Below are positions 34,215-45,838 of a DNA stretch of 64,000 nt, piece by piece. A model generated the notes under the pieces. That model searched no databases. It was not told where the DNA came from and saw only the letters and a list, made by a program, of their open reading frames with translations. Source of the DNA: Rhynchopus sp. YZ270_cl-10 (lineage: Eukaryota); NCBI GenBank assembly GCA_964035575.1, contig OZ037846.1:310001-374000 (forward strand), read 5' to 3'. The position numbers and the translations under genes are program-made. Every line of letters begins with the position of its first letter. The first letter of the stretch is position 1.

Positions 34215-36164
34215 TCACCTGTACAACCTCTCAATCATCTTCGCCTGCTGCGCTACACCTAGCTTCACCCTGGGGAGCTCGGACGTCTCGACATACTTCT
34301 TCTGCAGTGCTGCGGTGGCGTCCCTACTGCGCTTCATGCCGCCTGTGTAGAGGCGTGAGGTCTGCTCCGTGCAGAGGGCAGGGGTGAGGACACGGGAGGG
34401 GGGTGTAGCAAGGTGCTTTGCGCGGAGTGCGGTGCGTTTGTCGTTGCGTACGGCAACCTCTGTGTTGTAGAGACGCTGTATGGCGAGCTGCAGGTCGTCT
34501 CTTTCGATGCAGCGTGTCGGGCTGGTCTCGGTGATGTAGGTTTCGGCGAGGTGCTGGCGGCGCTGCTGTGCTGCGGCGACCTGGTCGTCGTAGAGACGTG
34601 ATGTGACGAGCTCGAGCTGTTCCGCATCGAGGCGGTTGTTGTTGACCCAGCGTGTGGGGCTGGCGCGCGCCTCCTCGGCCAGGGATTCCTGCCTGCGTGC
34701 TTCGTGCTCGGCAATGCGGTCCAGCTGTTGGTAGTATACCTTCTGGACAAGAGCGTGCTGCTCGTCGTGTGTCAGGTGTGTCCGCGTCTTCTCCCTCGAC
34801 TTCTCGAAGGTGCGGAGGTTGCGTTCTGCTTGGTTGAAGGCGTGTTCGAGTTGGTTGATGCGCGAGTCAAACGCGGAGAGACGTGCTTTGTGTACGTTCA
34901 TGCCTGTGGAGGGGGAGGGAGGGAGGGATTGTTTTGATTAGAAATTAAATTTTGGTATTTTTCAGGCAAAAAAAACGGTGGGGTAGAGTAGGGTGATGAG
35001 AGAGCTTTGATGGAATAGGTCGTATGACTGAAGCCGAAGTTGTACACACACCTTTGTAAAGTACCACCTGCGCGGGTTTCTTTTTGCTCGTCTTCGTCGT
35101 CTCCTTCGCCACAGCGCCGTGCAACGCTTCGTTCAACGCAATGTCCTTCTTCACCTTCCACGCCGGCGTCGTTGGGTGCAACGCACGCACGAACTCCAAA
35201 AAGCTCACGTACCCACTTCTGTCTTTGTCCATCGCCTTGAAGCAGGGGGTATCCGCTGTGAACGGGCTTGGGTTTTGTTCGAGGTACCCCACCAGCTCGC
35301 TGTGGCTGACCGACCCACTCCCGTCAGAGTCAATCCCTTCGAAGGCCTCTTTACAGAATAAAAACATCTGTTCCGTGACCACTTCGGGGAGGGCTGGCTC
35401 GCCCTCTTCCTCTTCCCCTTCGCCTTCTTCTGCCTCTTCCTCTTCCGCTTCCGCGTCGAGAACTGCCTTCGCTTCCCTTGCATCGTCAAGGAGCTGCTGT
35501 TTAAACTCCTTCCATGAAGCTTCGTACTGCCGCATGGCATGCTTGATGTTGTGCTTGCTGATATTGGGGAGAAGGGAGCGGAGCAACTCTGCAGGTGAGA
35601 TCGTCCCTGTCCTGTCTTTGTCAAGACGTTTAAACGCTTTGTGATCTGACACATCCAGTGTGCTATCAAAAAGGGTGACCATTTCCGACACCACGTCTTT
35701 CTTGCGTTGTAATACTGAGACTTCGACGTCGCGGGAACGGCGTGAAAAGGTGACGTCGTTGCCACTCAAACGGAAGTAGATTTCGCGGAACTGCAAATAC
35801 TGTACTCTAGGCAGGTACTCGAGGTCGATTTCCTCTTCCTCTTCTTCGGGCTCGTCGTGCTCCTCGTCGGGGGTGCTTTTGCAGTACTGTGCGTCGTATT
35901 CTTGGAATGTTTCTAAAGACGTTTCTGGAAACAGCGCAGCAAAGAGGGAAGGTAGCGTCCACCCTTCCTGCCGTTGTATCGCATCCCAGCACTCCACCAT
36001 GCGCGAGGAAAACCCGGGAAGAACCTCATTCAGCTCCGCCTCTACTTGGCTGAGGACAGCACCGAGCCGGAGTGCGCTGTTCCCCTGCTGGATTTTCGAA
36101 ATGAGGCTCGCAGCACTGCAGTATCCATCATAGGTGAGGGCCAGGTCGCCCATGGGTGTGTAAT
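34215..36164 (-). CDS. EF-hand calcium-binding protein with C-terminal RLY-motif repeats; exons 35052-36164 and 34215-34903 (5' end uncertain, ATG at 36153)
   Basis: EF loops DKDRTGTISPAEL, DSDGSGSVSHSEL, DKDRSGYVSFLEF; phase-1 GTGTGT...CAG intron 34904-35051 joins the two ORFs. Confidence 0.8.
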
Positions 36165-36389
36165 CTGCGAAAATAGAAACTAACTTTCGGTTCTGAATAA
36201 AAAGAAAACAATGAAAAAACAACTTTTTCGTTTATCGCTCCGCAAGCTTGTTGTGTTTTTTCGCTGAAGTGTGTGTTGTATGAGAGAGAAAAAATAATGA
36301 GTGAGAAAACACAAGCTGGCGGGCACGCACCTTCCGTCGTTTCTATTTCCTATTGTCAAGTACCTTGATCAGGGGGGCCGCCACCTAGC

Positions 36390-36600
36390 AAAGTTCTGTT
36401 GATGGTCAACAGAACTTTTTGAAAATGAAAAAAAAAAAAAAAAAAAAAGTTCTGTTGAGTGGTTCAGACCCGTTCTACTTGTCAAAAAATCTCAGGAGAA
36501 GAAGATATGGAGAGGTGAGTGCTCAAACGTCCCAAAAAAGTCAAAATCGGGTGGTGGAAAAAAAAAAAAGTTGCGTACCGTGCGCCTGCGGCGCAAGCAG
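36390..36600 (+). repeat. Dispersed repeat, direct copy at ~44398-44610
   Basis: AAAGTTCTGTTGA...TCAACAGAACTTT hairpin plus shared downstream sequence. Confidence 0.75.
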
Positions 36601-37732
36601 CTCCCACCACCAACGCAGTTCCATTATATGGGAACATTTTTTTTTTTGTAATTGTTGCGTACCGTGGCTTCGCCAGGAACCTTTGGGTGTCATGACCGCT
36701 GCTTACTGATAAGAAGGCTGACACCACTACGGCTTGTGGACGGCCACCGTAGAGTACAATGTACAGCCTGGTGAGAGGGAAGAGCAAATGTCGCTGATTC
36801 GGAGGAACTCTGACCGGGCTTGGGGAACATGCGTCTCTCCGCCGGAGGCCACGAGAAGGAGCTTTGCAGGGGTTTTCGCGCGAAGCGCGAAAATTTTTTT
36901 TGGACCATCAACAGAACTTTTTCAAAACCCAAAATCCTGGCGGCGGGGCTGACCTTGATCAGTGATGTATATAGGTATCTGTATGTGGGACCAAATCCCA
37001 CAAAAAACCGGGGGAAAAAAAAAAAAACTATAGAATTTCGGGATTTTTTGCAATTTTTACCTTACCTTACAGGGCTCTAAGAGGGGTCCCGAAGGGACTC
37101 CAGAGCAACGCGACCCACCATGAAGAGCACGGTCGTCAAGAATCCTAAAAAACGAGTCGGGATTCCGCAAAAAGGGGTTCTTTGAGTGACTCGTGGTGTA
37201 AAAAGCTAGATTTTTACACCGTACCATGAATTTTTTCGCCTGCGGCGCCATTTTATCTTATTTTTTTTGCTCCGCAAAAAAAAAATACAGCTCCCAATGT
37301 CTTCCTTTGTCAGCAGTGCTGAATTTTTGGGCGAAAAAACAAGCTGACCCCGATCTTGAAATCTGGATTCCTGGATAGGACACTAGTTTTCCACACACAA
37401 AAACAATGACTGCCTCACACAAAAACCACCGTTTTGGTGGGTGCTGGCTATATAAAACCCTGCACACAACCACGCGAAAAACCAAAAAAAGGGGGTTTCC
37501 CACATATTTCCCCCTTTACTGTACCCCCACCACCCCTATATACATTACTGACCTTGATTTACAAAAATGCTCGAGAGACTCGTTCCTCTTTGCTTGTTGC
37601 TCAAAAGACTATAAACGGGGGGGAAAAAAGTAAAAGTTGTTTGTTGTTCGCTTCCACACCACTTCTGCACTCAGATTCAAGTCTTTTGGCTGTCCTTACA
37701 AGCGCCTGCCAAAACGCTCGCCTCGTGGGTGT

Positions 37733-37767
<35 letters not shown>

Positions 37768-38142
37768 GGTATTCACTCTCGTCTCTTCAGCGCTGCCGAG
37801 GCAGTGTGGCCGCTCTTTTTTGTTCTATCCAGAGTAAACCCGGGACCGTGTCCCAGCTGGTGCCGTTTTTCACATCTAGGACGTGCGGGTTGCCGTTTTA
37901 CGGAGGTCACCTCCCCGTTTGCCACACAGGGTTTACAGACAGCACACCTCCCCCTCAGGGTGTGGCAGCATCGTTAAGGACACTGGCCTGACGACAAAAG
38001 TGGAAACCTTTTTTAGGTTCCCGTGATCAGCTGACATGCTGGTCGGTGTGTTCTCTTGATGTTTTCTTTTTTTGTTGGTATCCTCTTGTTGATATGAGTA
38101 ATGTAAAAGTAAAAGCAAATAAAGCTAAAAGTTGTGTTCTCT

Positions 38143-41100
38143 TCAGTTCGTTACAGTTGGCCTCAGAAGGTCACTCAGAGTGTCATCAGACAATCCGGAG
38201 GACACCAAAAATTCCAGGACCACTGCTGGGTGTTGTGTGAGGAGTGTTCCCCACGAGGTGTTGCTGCACAGGTTGGCTCTTTTGTCGGTGAGCTTGGGGC
38301 ATTGCTTCAGAAGGTGCTTCGCCGTCACATTCGCCTTTCCGCACGCCTTGCAGTTGGGGGTGTCGTTGTGGCTCCTGTCCGTGTACAGGAGGGGGTGTCG
38401 TCTTGTGCGCAGGAGTCTCATCTCACGCGCTCCCTTACGTGTCAGTCGTTGTGGGCGGAGTTGCGGGTGGCGGAGTTGTATCTTCGTCTTCGCTTTGGCG
38501 TCGGTGTGCTGGCACGCATATGCGCTGTCTTCGGTGGGTGTGACGGTGAGCTGCGCTGCCACCCTCTTGATCTGAGAGGCGGCCGTCATCATCGCTATGG
38601 GTTCCAGCTGTGGTACCATGGCGTTCGCGTGCCGCTTTGCCTCTTTGTCCGCAGCTTCGTTTCCAGGTAGGCCGATATGGCTTGGGACGTACTGGAAGTC
38701 TACGCGTACTCCTTTGCGCGTGAGTGTGTGTATCGCACGCCATATGTCGTGCAGTGAATGCTCGACAGCCTTCTGTGGTCCTCCCTCTAGGGCGCGGATT
38801 GAGGACTGGCTGTCTGTGAGGATCGCCACTCTCGCGTGTTTGGTGGTAGTGGTGCGGTTTGCAAGGTCGGTGAGTGCCTCACGGATTGCCGTCTGCTCGG
38901 CTTGGTAGGCCACGCATCGCCTGCCTGCCCCCTTGCCGAAGACGTGGATCATGTTGTCGTCAGCGTCCGTCACTGCACATCCCGCCCCGCCGATGTTCGT
39001 GTCGGACAGTGATCCGTCGGTGTACGTGCTGTAGTCGTACTGGGGTAGCTTGTCGAGGGCCTCCTGCGTTTTTTCCAGAGCTTCCTCTTTGGTTTGTTTA
39101 GAGTCCGCTCGGAGGACTCCTGGGATGGTGGGGTGCAGCGTAAGCTTATCCTGTACTTCCTCCCATTGCCAGGGGGGCACAGGGTAGTGGAGCGCAATGG
39201 TGCTCCGAGTTGTGTGCTGAGTGTACATCTTTGTTTCCTCAACGGTGTTCGTGGCTGCTCTAAGCCATGTAGTGTTGGAGTGTTTTTTGGTTGACTGCAC
39301 GGCGGTGTACGCGGGCGAGTCATGTATGCGGTTGGCGCGCTCGTACAGCTTTGCTCCTTCCGCTTGTGCAATTTCAGCGATTGATCGTAGGTTCGCCTCC
39401 CAGAGAAGGTTCTCCGTCGCTGTGGTGCGTAGACAGCCGGTGATCAGTCTGGCTGCGCCGTGGTGGAGGGTCTCAAGATGGGTTCGGTTCTTCTTGAGCA
39501 GTGCGTGTCCCCACACTCCTATCCCGTAGGTGAGCACGGGCAGCACATATGTCATGTACACTTGTCGCATGGTGTCTGCTTCCGCACCCCAGTCCTCGCC
39601 TCCTAGTGCGTACAGTACGGAGAGTCGTTGTTTGTACTTTGTGCACACTGATTCCATGTGTTGTATCATGTTGCATTCGTCATCTATTAGGATGCCGAGG
39701 TACTGTGTCAGTCGGGTTGTAGGCACGCGTTTCCCATTGCTGTAGTGCACTGCGAATTGCTTGTCTCTGACGTTGTTGGGGTCTTTCTTGGTGGTGAAGG
39801 CTAGGAGGTTCGTTTTGTCGTCGTCGGTGGAGATTCGGAGGCCCATTGGGGGGAGTTCACGTTCAAGTACTTCGATAGCCTTTTGTGCGGATAAAGCGGC
39901 TTCGTCGGTGTTGTTGCCAATGCACAGGATTGCGAGGTCGTCGGCGTACATGCACACATGCCCGTCCACGCACTCTAGGGTTTTCGCCAGGTTTGCCATG
40001 ACTACGTTGAAGAGTAGGGGGGAGAGCACTGTGCCTTGGGGTACGCCCTCCTCCATGTCGTAGAACTCGCTGACGTGACCTGCCACGGTCGCCGCTGCTC
40101 GTCTGTTGCTGAGGTATGCACCAATCCATTTCTGGTACGTGAGTGGGAAGTCGTGCAGGTGTTGTAGGATGGCACTGCGTTTGAGGCGGTCGTACGCCTT
40201 CTCTAGGTCGACTTTGAGGAGGATTGCACTGCGTCCTTCCTCTACTGTGTCCTTGGCCAGTTGCGTTACCAGTGCGATGCTGTCGATCGTGGATCTCTTT
40301 TTCCTGAAACCTGCTTGGGCCTTGTGGAGGTTAGGGAACTGCTCATCAGGGTCTTCCATGAGCTGGTGTAGGCGGTGTCCGATCATGCGCTCGAGCACCT
40401 TGCTCACTGTACTCGTCAGTGCAATTGGTCTGTACGAAGCAGGGAGGTGGTCCGGTTTCGAAGGCTTGTGGATGGGCATCAGTAGAGAAGTCGTCCATTC
40501 CAGTGGGAGTGTGCCACTACTCCACGAGAGGTTCATGATACGCAGGAGACCCTTCCTCGCCTCCGGTCCCATGTGTCGTAGCATCTCGTTGTGTATGTTG
40601 TCCATGCCTGGTGTTTTGTTGTCTTCCAGGTTGTTCACGATGGTGTTGAGCTCCTGCATTGTAAAGGCACGCTCTGATTCGTGGTATGGGACGTCCGTCG
40701 GTGTTGTGGCTACGTCCTCCGTGTCTGTGGGGTCTTTGCGGCTCACGTCTGAGTAGTGCCTACCAAATATGTTCGCTTTGGCTGTGTTGTCGGTGATGGT
40801 GGTGCCGTTCTCCGTCAGTGGGTACTGCTGCGACTTATCGGCTCTGCCGTCCAGTTCGCGTAGTAGGTGGTAGATGTGTGAGGACCCCGCAGCCTTGTCG
40901 CACCTTGCCTCCCATATCGTGCGTTTGCTGTCGCGGATTTCCGTGGCCACATTTTGTTTTAGGCAGCTGAGGGAGTCACTATCATTTTGTGTGGGTGGTG
41001 TTGTCTGCTTCTGCAGTTGCGCGATCTTCTGGTCTCGGCGCTTCATTGCTTTGCGTACTGCACCTGTGCACCACCTTCGCTTAGCTTGCCGTCGTCGATG

Positions 41101-42060
41101 CGTCGGGATGTGTCGTCGTGCCACGTTTCTCACCATGCCAGCCCACTTCGCATACGCTGTCGCGGGGTTGTGCCACTTTAGGGTTGCATCAGCACTTCGC
41201 TCAAGTTCTGCAGTGTAGTCACTCCACCTGGCCCTGTTCCAATCCCACAGGGTTTTCCCGCTCCGTTTGATGTTCGAGTACTTCGGTGGAGGTGGTGTGG
41301 TGCTGTCAATCTCGAATTCCATTGGGAGATGGTCCGATAAGCCGTTATCTAGAACCCGCCATTTGATCGGCCATTTTCTTGTCTCGTCTTTGTTATTGTC
41401 ACCTTTCGCTATGACCACGTCTGGTGAAGTTTTGGATTTTCCAATCCTTGTCGCAGTTTGGGGGTCATTCCAGATTTGCATGCCGTCAGTGTTACCGACC
41501 CAGTCGTGGATTTTTGTGCCGGTTTTGTTCGGGATCGCCTTGCTCCACTGCGCATGATGGGCGTTGAGGTCTCCAGCTATCACTACTTGTTCGGTGGGGA
41601 GGTCTTCGCAGTCGAAGTCATCTTTGCGTATGTCTTTTTTTTGCTCCCCCACTGCGCTTGGCCGATATACATTGACAAAGCGTATACCGTGCACTGTGAC
41701 GTCGAGCCGTTCGGTGACTTTCCACTTCGAGAACGTGTGGACTTGGGTTGGATGTTTGTCACGCACCAGTGTTACTATCCCGCCTCCATGTGTTTCACTG
41801 GTTTTTTTGGTACGGCCTTCCGTTCTTTTGCGGGTGTAGCTGCGGTAGCCGTCGATCTTGAACGTATTGGCTTGTCCGCTCGCCTTCAGTTCTTGGAGCA
41901 TGACAATGTCGTACTCCTTCTTGGTTATGTGCCGCCTTATTTCAGCTCTCTTAGTGTCAGTGAGTCCGTTGATGTTCCAACAGAGACATCTCAGCGGACC
42001 CGGATTCGGATGTATCCCTGCTATCACAAGTAGAAGTAGTACCGTTGTGGATAGGTATTT
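38143..42060 (-). CDS. LINE ORF2: 2A-like peptide, AP endonuclease, RT, RNase H, CCHC finger (frame is open upstream to 43404)
   Basis: GIHPNPGP; WNING, MLQE, GDLNAHH, SDH; QAGFR, DLEKAYD, GVPQGTVLSP, YADD; YTDGS, TDSQS, PSHIGLPGNEAAD; CKACG...HLLKQC. Confidence 0.95.
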   Translation of the reverse strand, partial: KYLSTTVLLLLVIAGIHPNPGPLRCLCWNINGLTDTKRAEIRRHITKKEYDIVMLQELKASGQANTFKIDGYRSYTRKRTEGRTKKTSETHGGGIVTLVRDKHPTQVHTFSKWKVTERLDVTVHGIRFVNVYRPSAVGEQKKDIRKDDFDCEDLPTEQVVIAGDLNAHHAQWSKAIPNKTGTKIHDWVGNTDGMQIWNDPQTATRIGKSKTSPDVVIAKGDNNKDETRKWPIKWRVLDNGLSDHLPMEFEIDSTTPPPPKYSNIKRSGKTLWDWNRARWSDYTAELERSADATLKWHNPATAYAKWAGMVRNVARRHIPTHRRRQAKRRWCTGAVRKAMKRRDQKIAQLQKQTTPPTQNDSDSLSCLKQNVATEIRDSKRTIWEARCDKAAGSSHIYHLLRELDGRADKSQQYPLTENGTTITDNTAKANIFGRHYSDVSRKDPTDTEDVATTPTDVPYHESERAFTMQELNTIVNNLEDNKTPGMDNIHNEMLRHMGPEARKGLLRIMNLSWSSGTLPLEWTTSLLMPIHKPSKPDHLPASYRPIALTSTVSKVLERMIGHRLHQLMEDPDEQFPNLHKAQAGFRKKRSTIDSIALVTQLAKDTVEEGRSAILLKVDLEKAYDRLKRSAILQHLHDFPLTYQKWIGAYLSNRRAAATVAGHVSEFYDMEEGVPQGTVLSPLLFNVVMANLAKTLECVDGHVCMYADDLAILCIGNNTDEAALSAQKAIEVLERELPPMGLRISTDDDKTNLLAFTTKKDPNNVRDKQFAVHYSNGKRVPTTRLTQYLGILIDDECNMIQHMESVCTKYKQRLSVLYALGGEDWGAEADTMRQVYMTYVLPVLTYGIGVWGHALLKKNRTHLETLHHGAARLITGCLRTTATENLLWEANLRSIAEIAQAEGAKLYERANRIHDSPAYTAVQSTKKHSNTTWLRAATNTVEETKMYTQHTTRSTIALHYPVPPWQWEEVQDKLTLHPTIPGVLRADSKQTKEEALEKTQEALDKLPQYDYSTYTDGSLSDTNIGGAGCAVTDADDNMIHVFGKGAGRRCVAYQAEQTAIREALTDLANRTTTTKHARVAILTDSQSSIRALEGGPQKAVEHSLHDIWRAIHTLTRKGVRVDFQYVPSHIGLPGNEAADKEAKRHANAMVPQLEPIAMMTAASQIKRVAAQLTVTPTEDSAYACQHTDAKAKTKIQLRHPQLRPQRLTRKGAREMRLLRTRRHPLLYTDRSHNDTPNCKACGKANVTAKHLLKQCPKLTDKRANLCSNTSWGTLLTQHPAVVLEFLVSSGLSDDTLSDLLRPTVTN

Positions 42061-42107
42061 AAGCAAGGAGGGGGTGTTTAGGGAATGTGATAGGTGGAGG
42101 TGAGTTG

Positions 42108-43679
42108 TCAACGTCTCGCTTTTTTGGCGGATGGTGGTGTTCTGGGAGCTCGTCTGTCTCTGCCGTCTCGTTCGCTTCGTCCGTCTCGTCCGTCTTCCGT
42201 CGCGTCCTTTGGCATTCGAGTTTTGGTGGCAATTGCTTCTGCAATTAGTCCCGGAAGCCGGGACGTCAGGTCGTTGAAGCTGGCCTGTAGCCCTTGCAGA
42301 CCGGTCTGAAGGTCCCTTTGCATCGTCAAAAGTTCTGTTACGTTGCGCTGCAGTTCCTCTATAGCGCCTTTGTTGTTGTGAATTTGTGAATTTAGGTTTT
42401 TTTGGGTGTCGCTCATCTGCGACATCTTCGCTGCGAAGTCGTTCCGCAGTGAGGAGATGTTGGTGGCGTTCTGGGAGGTGGCGGCCCTGCTTGCTGCATC
42501 GACGGTGGCTGTTGTTGCGGATGGTGCGGCTGCGGCGGCTGGTGCAGGCGCTGCGTTGCTGTTGGAGCCTCTGACGACGTTGCTCCATGCTGTGGTGTTG
42601 TTTGCCAGGTTGTTTACAAAGGTGGTGGGTTTGGCGGCGGGTCTCTTCTTCTTTGGCCTGCGGAGCTTGTGGGAGGTGGAGACTTCTCGCGTGGTGATGT
42701 TTCTGTTGTTGAATAAGAAGAATTGGGGGAGCGTCTGTTGGGTTCGGATTTTGACCATCTGTGTAGTACCCGCTTGTTGGTGAGCTATGACGGAGCAGAC
42801 AATGCCATTTGTGCTGAGGGCCCCCACTAGGGCCTCGGGGTGTGTGAGGTAGTGCATCCCTGTCAGCACGAAGTGTCTCTCGGTGGCCATCTCTGGCTTC
42901 CCAATCTCTGTCCAGGCCGCTGTGATGTGCTCCCGTTCGGTGACGATGCCAAATGCTTTGGTTGACTTTATTAGCCGTCCTGCGTGTTTTGTAGCAAACG
43001 TGATGGCGTCTGCGAGGGTGGCAGTGGGTGGGAGCCAGACTACGGGCTCGTTGGTGACGGCTTTGGGTCTGACGATGACACCAGATTGTCCTGACATCTC
43101 CCTCAGCGGCTTTCTCAGGGATACGGTGGCGGTGATGCGGCGCTCCCCTGCAGGGCGCACGCTGGCTACATCTGCACTGAGCCCGTTGAGGAACTTGCGT
43201 GCGGTGTCGAGCGGTTTCGTTAGCCATTCCGGGTTGGCGGCTACTGCCTCGTCGAGGACTTCCAGCTTTATCTCCTCCAGCTGGTGCGTGTTGGATGCCC
43301 CGAAAGAGGGGATGTTGTTCTTGTAGTTGGGGGCGGTGGAGGACAACACAAACAGGTGCACCTTTTTGAGGTAGCACTCCCCGTTCGGCTTCTGCACAAT
43401 GCACTCCTGCGTGCTGTGCGCTTTGTGTCCCTGTATTGGGGCGGTGGTGGCGATGGCGATGACTGGTCCGTTCGGTGGGACCGCGTTCTTTGACGCAAGG
43501 TAGGTGTCTGCGTCGGCTAGCTTCAGCAGCGCAATAAAGCCTCGCTGCTCCGGGTTCCCGCTCCTGTAACGTTGTTGGAAGGTGGTGGGGTTTAGGACCT
43601 CTGTGTCCCAGTCCTCTTGACGGAGGGTGTGCATCCCGGCCGTTGCTGCTTCGCTTCTTTCGCCATGGAGGTCCTCCAT
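42108..43679 (-). CDS. LINE ORF1 (nucleic-acid chaperone-like, coiled coil, basic tail)
   Basis: Long ORF upstream of ORF2; first ATG at 43679; heptad-like segment; KRPAAK and KKARR basic patches. Confidence 0.75.
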   Translation of the reverse strand: MEDLHGERSEAATAGMHTLRQEDWDTEVLNPTTFQQRYRSGNPEQRGFIALLKLADADTYLASKNAVPPNGPVIAIATTAPIQGHKAHSTQECIVQKPNGECYLKKVHLFVLSSTAPNYKNNIPSFGASNTHQLEEIKLEVLDEAVAANPEWLTKPLDTARKFLNGLSADVASVRPAGERRITATVSLRKPLREMSGQSGVIVRPKAVTNEPVVWLPPTATLADAITFATKHAGRLIKSTKAFGIVTEREHITAAWTEIGKPEMATERHFVLTGMHYLTHPEALVGALSTNGIVCSVIAHQQAGTTQMVKIRTQQTLPQFFLFNNRNITTREVSTSHKLRRPKKKRPAAKPTTFVNNLANNTTAWSNVVRGSNSNAAPAPAAAAAPSATTATVDAASRAATSQNATNISSLRNDFAAKMSQMSDTQKNLNSQIHNNKGAIEELQRNVTELLTMQRDLQTGLQGLQASFNDLTSRLPGLIAEAIATKTRMPKDATEDGRDGRSERDGRDRRAPRTPPSAKKARR

Positions 43680-44186
43680 GCCCAAGTCCGCCGCGTGGAG
43701 GCAGGCTGTCGCAGATCGGTAAGGTAATTGCTTAGAATGTAATAGTGACGATAGTTTTGATGTGTGGACTCTTTTTTCCGTGGAATCGGATGTAAATAAC
43801 AAAGTGTTTTTATGTGGGTGGTGTCAATCATGACGTCAATTCGCGTACACAAAAGTGTGCAGTGGCCAGAAGACAAGCTTGAATATATTATTTTCATCAT
43901 GTTCTTAGGTGGCGGCTCTCCGATTCAGGCACCCCTACCGTAATAGGCACACCTTCACCGTGCCCGTCCCCAGGCCAAAGCCGAACGGGGTCCGCCATAG
44001 GGTCTTGAGAGCGCCGACTTTGGGTACGTTAATCCCTTACCATACCTACTCATCGACGGAGCTGTGCGTTATGGGTAAGGAGTGCTCTTAGAGCCCACCT
44101 CGGGGTCGCTCATGTATCCCCCCCAAAGGTATTGTCCCACGGGCGGTCGCAGGGCTCTAGTTCATCCCCCCATACGTCCCCGGCAC

Positions 44187-44221
<35 letters not shown>

Positions 44222-44912
44222 CTTCGACTTGATTTACGATATGGTTGTGTTTGCCTGAAGTACAGAAAGTGTCGTGGAGCACAGGGGGGAAAAGAGGGGG
44301 AAACAAGCGGGGAGCGGGATACGCAGACGCGCGACTTTTCACGAGGGTCTCGAGCATTTTGTCAAATACTACGTGTTTCAGGCACTCCGCTAGGTACTAA
44401 AGTTCTGTTGATTGTCAACAGAACTTTTTGAAAATGGGGGAAAAAAGAAAAAAAAAAAAAAGTTCTGCTAAGTGGTTCAGACCCGTTCTACCTGTCAAAA
44501 AAGCTCAGGAGAAGAAGATATGGAGAGGTGAGTGCTCAAACGTCCCAAAAAAGTCAAAATCGGGCGTTGGTAAAAAAAAAAGTTGCGTACCGTGCGCCTG
44601 CGGCGCAAGCATGTACCCCACCAACGTGGACCATCAACAGAATATTTTCAAAATCGGAAATCCTAGCGGAGAGCCTGACGTGTTTACTAAAAAAAAAAAA
44701 AAAAAAAATTGGTGTGATTTTCCTAAAAATTAGGTGTAAATTGGGTACTTCTTGGGTCCTTCTAGGGTATAGTGATTTTCCTTAGGGCACTTCCTTAAGG
44801 AAAACGTGATCTTTTTCCCGAGCTTTCCCTGTGGTTAGTAGCCTTCAAGTTGGTACATCCGAGAGCCCCACGTGTTCGGTGGTGGAAATTTTCACAAAAT
44901 CCGGGGTTGGCA

Positions 44913-45409
44913 CCCAGTACCCAGTACCCAGTACCCAGTACCCAGTACCCAGTACCCAGTACCCAGTACCCAGACCCAGTACCCAGTACCCAGTACCCAG
45001 TACCCAGTACCCAGTACCCAGTACCCAGTACCCAGTACCCAGTACCCAGTACCCAGTACCCAGTACCCAGTACCCAGTACCCAGTACCCAGTACCCAGTA
45101 CCCAGTACCCAGTACCCAGTACCCAGTACCCAGTACCCAGTACCCAGTACCCAGTACCCAGTACCCAGTACCCAGTACCCAGTACCCAGACCCAGTACCC
45201 AGTACCCAGTACCCAGTACCCAGTACCCAGTACCCAGTACCCAGTACCCAGTACCCAGTACCCAGTACCCAGTACCCAGTACCCAGTACCCAGTACCCAG
45301 TACCCAGTACCCAGTACCCAGTACCCAGTACCCAGTACCCAGTACCCAGTACCCAGTACCCAGTACCCAGTACCCAGTACCCAGTACCCAGTACCCAGTA
45401 CCCAGTACC
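44913..45409. repeat. (CCCAGTA)n satellite
   Basis: Directly visible; reverse complement of the 30679 array unit. Confidence 0.98.
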
Positions 45410-45838
45410 GTCGTGTAGAAGAGTTCAAGAATGTAGGTTTTATTATTTTTCAGCACGACCAGGGAACATAGTGAACTGTATATTTTTTTTTTTTTGCGGA
45501 GCAAAAAAAAACAAAAAAAAATGGCGCCGCAGGCGAAAATTTTTTTGGGTACGGTGTAAATGTACAGCTTTTTACACCACGCCGAGGAAACACCTCAAAC
45601 CCAGCTGAAAAAACTGACCCCCCCCACCGGCCCAAATTTCCGGAGAAAATTTGGGGGGGGTCACTGACCCCCCCCAACCGGCCCAAAAAATACACTGGTC
45701 CTTGGGTTTCCCAAAAATCCGAGCAGGCTGGAGCGTTTTACGGTCTGCGGGATGACACCCGATGACACCCGATGACGGCCGATGACGGCCGATGACGGCC
45801 GATGACAGCACGATGACGATTTTTTTATTTTTTCCCCT

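Larger units (their letters stand above)
37737..44188 (-). mobile_element. Apparently full-length non-LTR retrotransposon (Ingi/I-group-like)
   Basis: 5' UTR, ORF1, ORF2 with APE-RT-RNase H-CCHC, ~380-nt 3' UTR and poly(A) at 37737-37763; A-tract also at the 5' junction. Confidence 0.9.

Noticed and set aside
42108..43404. Genuine N-terminal domain for the 1753-aa ORF
   Set aside because: The composition looks like an off-frame read of ORF1; recognisable ORF2 starts at the 2A-like motif
44913..45409. Telomere
   Set aside because: Internal array with a unit unlike TTAGGG; also occurs inside element E
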